A stretch of DNA of 64,000 bases. Origin: Candidatus Poribacteria bacterium (GTDB lineage: Bacteria; Poribacteria; WGA-4E; WGA-3G). Position 1 is the stretch's first letter. Each line of letters opens with the position of its first letter. A model generated the notes under the pieces. That model saw nothing but the letters and a program-made list of their open reading frames with translations. It searched no databases and was not told where the DNA came from. Where the stretch lies: positions 320,001-384,000 of the forward strand of contig OZ240248.1 in the NCBI GenBank assembly GCA_965198235.1. The letters run 5' to 3'. Both the position numbers and the translations under genes were made by a program. Shown here piece after piece: positions 60,042-64,000 of the stretch.

Positions 60042-60833
60042 TTAATCCGTGTCAACTTCCGCTTTTTTCGCTTCTTCCCAGATTGCATCGAGACTCTCTA
60101 AGTCTTGTGCTTCAAAATTTGTGCCGCGGCGTTCTAATTCCGCTTCCATCCATTTAAAGCGTGTCATAAACTTACGGTTCGCCCCACGCAATGTTTCTTC
60201 GGCTTGAATCTCCATAAAGCGGCACAGATTGACGATGGCAAAGAACAGATCTCCGAGTTCCATCGAAATTGCTTCCGGTTTATCTGCCCGGATACTTGCC
60301 TTGACCTCTTGGAGTTCTTCGTCGACTTTGGCGACGACATCAGTGAGTTTATCCCAATCGAAACCGACACGCGCGGCTCGATTCTGTATCTTCTGGGCAC
60401 GGAGCAGCATCGGAAGCGCGTTCGGAATCCCGTCAAGTACTGATTTCCGGTCTTCGTAGCCTGCCTCTTGGCGTTTAATCTCTTCCCAGTTTTTCACAAC
60501 TTCGTCTGAATCCTCAACATTGACATCGCCAAAGACGTGCGGGTGTCGCCGGATGAGTTTCTCTGTTAGTGTTTTAATCACGGCGTAGATGTCAAAATCC
60601 TTATGTTCTGCTGCGATCTGTGCTTGGAGCATAATGTTCAGCAGAAGATCGCCCAATTCCTCTTTCAATTTTCTCGGGTCACCTGCATCGATCGCCTCAA
60701 GCGTCTCGTAGGTTTCCTCAATGAGTGTGGATTTCAGCGTTTCATGTGTCTGCTCTCGATCCCACGGACATCCGTTCTCACTTCTTAATGTCGCTATGAC
60801 ACCGATAAGTTCTTCAAACAATTCTTTTTGCAT
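60042..60833 (-). CDS. mazG: Nucleoside triphosphate pyrophosphohydrolase MazG
   Basis: 'GCPWDREQT', 'EELGDLL', 'RRHPHVFG', second 'ELGDL'. Confidence 0.95.
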   Translation of the reverse strand: MQKELFEELIGVIATLRSENGCPWDREQTHETLKSTLIEETYETLEAIDAGDPRKLKEELGDLLLNIMLQAQIAAEHKDFDIYAVIKTLTEKLIRRHPHVFGDVNVEDSDEVVKNWEEIKRQEAGYEDRKSVLDGIPNALPMLLRAQKIQNRAARVGFDWDKLTDVVAKVDEELQEVKASIRADKPEAISMELGDLFFAIVNLCRFMEIQAEETLRGANRKFMTRFKWMEAELERRGTNFEAQDLESLDAIWEEAKKAEVDTD

Positions 60834-60843
60834 AGGGTCCTCC

Positions 60844-62127
60844 TTACTTCAAACCTGTTTTGTTTTTCAAAGTTTTTACATGTTTTCGGACTTCCGCGTA
60901 GCGTTTTGCTTCCGGGAAGTAGGTAAGATAGAGTTTATAGAGTTGCAGCGCACGAGCATAGTTTTTCTGTGCCTCTGCCTCGCGCGCTCGACCTTCTAAC
61001 GCATCTGCTTTGGCATTTAGCAGTTCGCTGAGCAGTTGCACGGCACCTTCTTCAAAGACGCTGCCGACATATTTATCGCGGAATACTTCTAATGCTTTTA
61101 CCGTTTTGGCGTACGGTTTCTCATCGGCTGTCTTTTTTAACGCATTGAATCGCTTTTTGGCTTGGATACCGAGGCGCGTTACGGATTCTTTCGCTGTGCG
61201 GCACAGTTCTGTATCCGGTAAAATCTCTGCAATTTGGGTGTAAAGTGTGAACGCCTCACCCAATCTACCGTTCTTCTCCGCGGTTTGTGCCTTTTCAAAC
61301 CCAGATTCAACCTGTTTCATGGGTCCATAATTGATAAGCCACTCCCGCATTTTTGTTTTTGTCAACCACTGTGGAGAGAGACTGTGTGTTTCATTTTCCC
61401 AACCCTCAAAAGTCACATCCGCTCCCCAGTCTGTGTAAAGCTGCGCTGAGCGTTTTGCGCGTGGATAATGCGGATCATCTAACTCTCCTGCACCGTAGAA
61501 GAGTGGATGCCCGCGAATGAGTTCCGCCGGTGGTGGATTCATGTCCACATCGCGCCTACCTGCCCCAAGGACGAGCCTCCCCGCTAACCGATCTAACATT
61601 TGTTCTCCGAGAACGGTCGTTGAGTAGCCGCCTTGGCTATAACCGCCCATGAAAATGTATTCTTTGGCAACGTTCACTCGTGTTGAAATAAGTTTTAACG
61701 CCTCATCAAAGAAGATTTTCTCCTGTGCCGTTTCGGTAGGGGGAAGGTGTTTCTTATAATAGAGGTCAGTTGTGTAATTCATACCGGCAACGATAAACCC
61801 TTCTCCTTTTGTTACCTGCTTGAAGGGCCACGTTGTGGCTGTTCCACCGTAGCCGTGATAACAAAAAATGACCGGAAAGGGTCGTTTGTCGGTGTAATCA
61901 ACCGGGACGTAAAGCAGAAATGTCTTCCCTGTCTTTGGAGCTGTGATCCGCACTTCTGTCCCCGGTGACACAGCGGGTATCTCAGCGGCGAGTGCGCTAT
62001 GGAACAGAAGCAGCAGGAGTGTGTTGCAGCACGCTATCCTCACGCTGCGGAATGGATTATTGGAACGTGGACCCCTGATAGCAAGTTTCGGAAACCTACA
62101 AGTTGCACCGAAAAGGCGTGTTTTCAT
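60844..62127 (-). CDS. Exported alpha/beta hydrolase with helical C-terminus
   Basis: 'YHGYGG', nucleophile 'GYSQGG'; start uncertain. Confidence 0.75.
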   Translation of the reverse strand: MKTRLFGATCRFPKLAIRGPRSNNPFRSVRIACCNTLLLLLFHSALAAEIPAVSPGTEVRITAPKTGKTFLLYVPVDYTDKRPFPVIFCYHGYGGTATTWPFKQVTKGEGFIVAGMNYTTDLYYKKHLPPTETAQEKIFFDEALKLISTRVNVAKEYIFMGGYSQGGYSTTVLGEQMLDRLAGRLVLGAGRRDVDMNPPPAELIRGHPLFYGAGELDDPHYPRAKRSAQLYTDWGADVTFEGWENETHSLSPQWLTKTKMREWLINYGPMKQVESGFEKAQTAEKNGRLGEAFTLYTQIAEILPDTELCRTAKESVTRLGIQAKKRFNALKKTADEKPYAKTVKALEVFRDKYVGSVFEEGAVQLLSELLNAKADALEGRAREAEAQKNYARALQLYKLYLTYFPEAKRYAEVRKHVKTLKNKTGLK

Positions 62128-62831
62128 GCGTCCGTTCCGTTCTCTTGGTCTTGAAGGGTTTCTAACTGAATAATCAGTTGACCGAGTTGAAGTCGCAGTA
62201 GTAGCGTATAGATTTGCATCAGGAGCGTAACCTGTGCTTCTGTTGGCAGATCACTGGCACGAATTACCGAGAGCAGCCTATCTGCACGTTCTCGGACCTG
62301 TTCGGCTTTTTCTAAATCATCGTCTTCTGTTTCCACTGTGCTTTCTTTGATGAACTGCCAGATGCGGTCCTGGATCTCCAGCATATAATTTTTTGCCATT
62401 GCGGTGCGTGCCCGTTTAGCAGAGTCCACCCAGATTGTATTTGCCTTCCAATTGAGCATAAAAGCCACGCTGTTGATGAGCACATCGCGGAGGGTATCCT
62501 CGCCAGAAAGGAGTTCCTCAATATTGGTAACCCCTTCTGCCTCTGCAGAGAAGGTCCGCACGCGTGTGTACTCCTTCAGATTTTTCAGCATCAACTCGTT
62601 TTCAGCGATGAGATGCCAAAGGTCTGAACTCGTTGAAAGCAAGACCTCTACACGGTTGCAAACCGGACCGGGAATTTGTGAGCGGATGCAGTAATAGTGG
62701 AGGCCGTGGAGTCGACTCCTGAGGTCTTGCAAGCTCTCAGTCGTCTGGAGTTCCGACGGGTGTGCGATGGACGGGAGGACTTCCTCCCGAATCTGATTCA
62801 AAAGTGTAGGGACAGTGCGTTCAGCATTCAT
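62124..62831 (-). CDS. Hypothetical helical protein
   Basis: 235-aa ORF leading the operon. Confidence 0.65.
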   Translation of the reverse strand: MNAERTVPTLLNQIREEVLPSIAHPSELQTTESLQDLRSRLHGLHYYCIRSQIPGPVCNRVEVLLSTSSDLWHLIAENELMLKNLKEYTRVRTFSAEAEGVTNIEELLSGEDTLRDVLINSVAFMLNWKANTIWVDSAKRARTAMAKNYMLEIQDRIWQFIKESTVETEDDDLEKAEQVRERADRLLSVIRASDLPTEAQVTLLMQIYTLLLRLQLGQLIIQLETLQDQENGTDA

Positions 62832-62975
62832 GTTACGGATCCCATAATAGGAAAGCGTTTGTTAGTAGAAGTTTCTTGTCTAATAGCGTAGCAGGTTTTT
62901 CGGGAAAAGTCAACTTGACATTTGTTACTAAGGCGTGTTAGAATGTGGATAAGAATACATGGGTCGAGGGCTGCC

Positions 62976-63524
62976 GTGAAACTGTTTATCGCTACTGTTG
63001 TTAGCATTACTCTCTTTGGGATGCTCGTGGCTTTTGCCGACGAACAAACCGAAACAGCACCACCGAAAGTAGGCGACACAGCACCGGATTGGACGCTCCA
63101 AGATGCTGAAGAAAAGGAACACAACCTGAAGAAGCTGCGCGGCAAGGTCATTTTCCTCATTATGGGCAATCGTAAGATTCGGAAGGAAGATGACAAGTGG
63201 GCAGAAACGTTCCAGAAGGAGTACGGAGAGAACGAACAGGTTGTCGCTTATATCATTGGTGATTTACGGAGCGTTCCTGGGTTCATACCGAAACGGTTTA
63301 TCAGAAGTCAACTAAAGAAAAACCCGCCTGCTGTGAAATTCCTGCTGGATTGGAAAGGGGAAGTGCATAAGCAGTATCAGACAGAAAAAAAGAAGCCGAC
63401 GCTCTACCTAATCTCGCAGAAAGGCATTATTGCGTTCCACCGAAAAGTGAATTTCGAGCCAGAAGTTTACGCCGAACTCAAAAAAGAAATCGATAGGCTT
63501 TTGGCAACATCCGATGTGAAGTAA
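62976..63524 (+). CDS. Exported redoxin/AhpC-TSA-fold protein lacking CxxC
   Basis: 'KVGDTAPDWTL', 'LLDWKG', 'PTLYLI..KGII'. Confidence 0.75.
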   Translation: MKLFIATVVSITLFGMLVAFADEQTETAPPKVGDTAPDWTLQDAEEKEHNLKKLRGKVIFLIMGNRKIRKEDDKWAETFQKEYGENEQVVAYIIGDLRSVPGFIPKRFIRSQLKKNPPAVKFLLDWKGEVHKQYQTEKKKPTLYLISQKGIIAFHRKVNFEPEVYAELKKEIDRLLATSDVK

Positions 63525-63576
63525 TCTTTTGTGTATTTGCTCTGATCGCATAATGTTCTCCGTGGTGGAGGAAAAC

Positions 63577-64000
63577 ATGTCTACAAAGATTAAAATAGAA
63601 CCTTATTTATCTAACCCAATCTTTGCCCTTGTTACTGGTCTGTTACTGGTCGGATTCGGTTTCTTCGCGATGCGTATAGCCGCGGATGACTTACTCTTTT
63701 TTATTTTAGTGTGGGTTTTGACGATTTGTGGTTTTTCTGCTACGGTATACGGGTTCATGGGGATAGTAGAAGGCAAACGAAAATGGATCAAAGGAAACTC
63801 GAAGGAGGTGCGTTCCCTTTCCCAGAGCCTCAAGGTGCGTTATCCTACCTACATCTTGAAGGTTCACAAATTAAAAGAGAAGTATGAAACACTTCATGAG
63901 AAGTTTCCTGAAGTCCGGGCACATTCCGAGGAATTCAAACGTCGTATCAAGGTATTCCAAGCCGGATTAGTTGAATTGGAAACACAACTTCATGATAATC
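63577..64000 (+). CDS. Partial hypothetical membrane protein (runs off the window)
   Basis: GGAGG RBS; MSTKIKIEPY... with two TM segments, open frame. Confidence 0.6.
   Translation, partial: MSTKIKIEPYLSNPIFALVTGLLLVGFGFFAMRIAADDLLFFILVWVLTICGFSATVYGFMGIVEGKRKWIKGNSKEVRSLSQSLKVRYPTYILKVHKLKEKYETLHEKFPEVRAHSEEFKRRIKVFQAGLVELETQLHDN

Overview
Bacterial chromosomal window of about 50% GC, most likely Candidatus Poribacteria. This is an inference from five PhyH dioxygenases, three secreted LamG proteins with a shared 'KLAVTWxxxK' tail, a sulfatase, a Uma2 gene and dense intergenic repeats. Housekeeping genes include iscS-like, secG, tpiA, gap, trmJ-like, aspS, der, nfi, nadD-like and mazG. An accessory/defence region (about 36.2-53.3 kb) holds a PLD-SNF2 helicase, a stand-alone protein with an RNA-polymerase alpha-CTD, an Eco57I-like N6-adenine MTase, an AAA_21 ATPase plus PIN-like pair, one intact and one internally deleted tnpB-only IS200/IS605 element, and several deletion-derived chimeric genes. 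The strongest leads are: (1) the alpha-CTD gene embedded in the helicase-MTase defence module; (2) an intergenic heptamer repeat inserted in frame in der; (3) an 80-aa domain inserted in the anticodon-discrimination loop of AspRS; (4) two tnpB elements with co-varying guide/cleavage tetranucleotides and a shared structured 5' leader; (5) an AI-2E transporter with a beta-propeller-like insert. No CRISPR array, rRNA or tRNA was recognised. All calls come from motif reading by eye; no searches were run.
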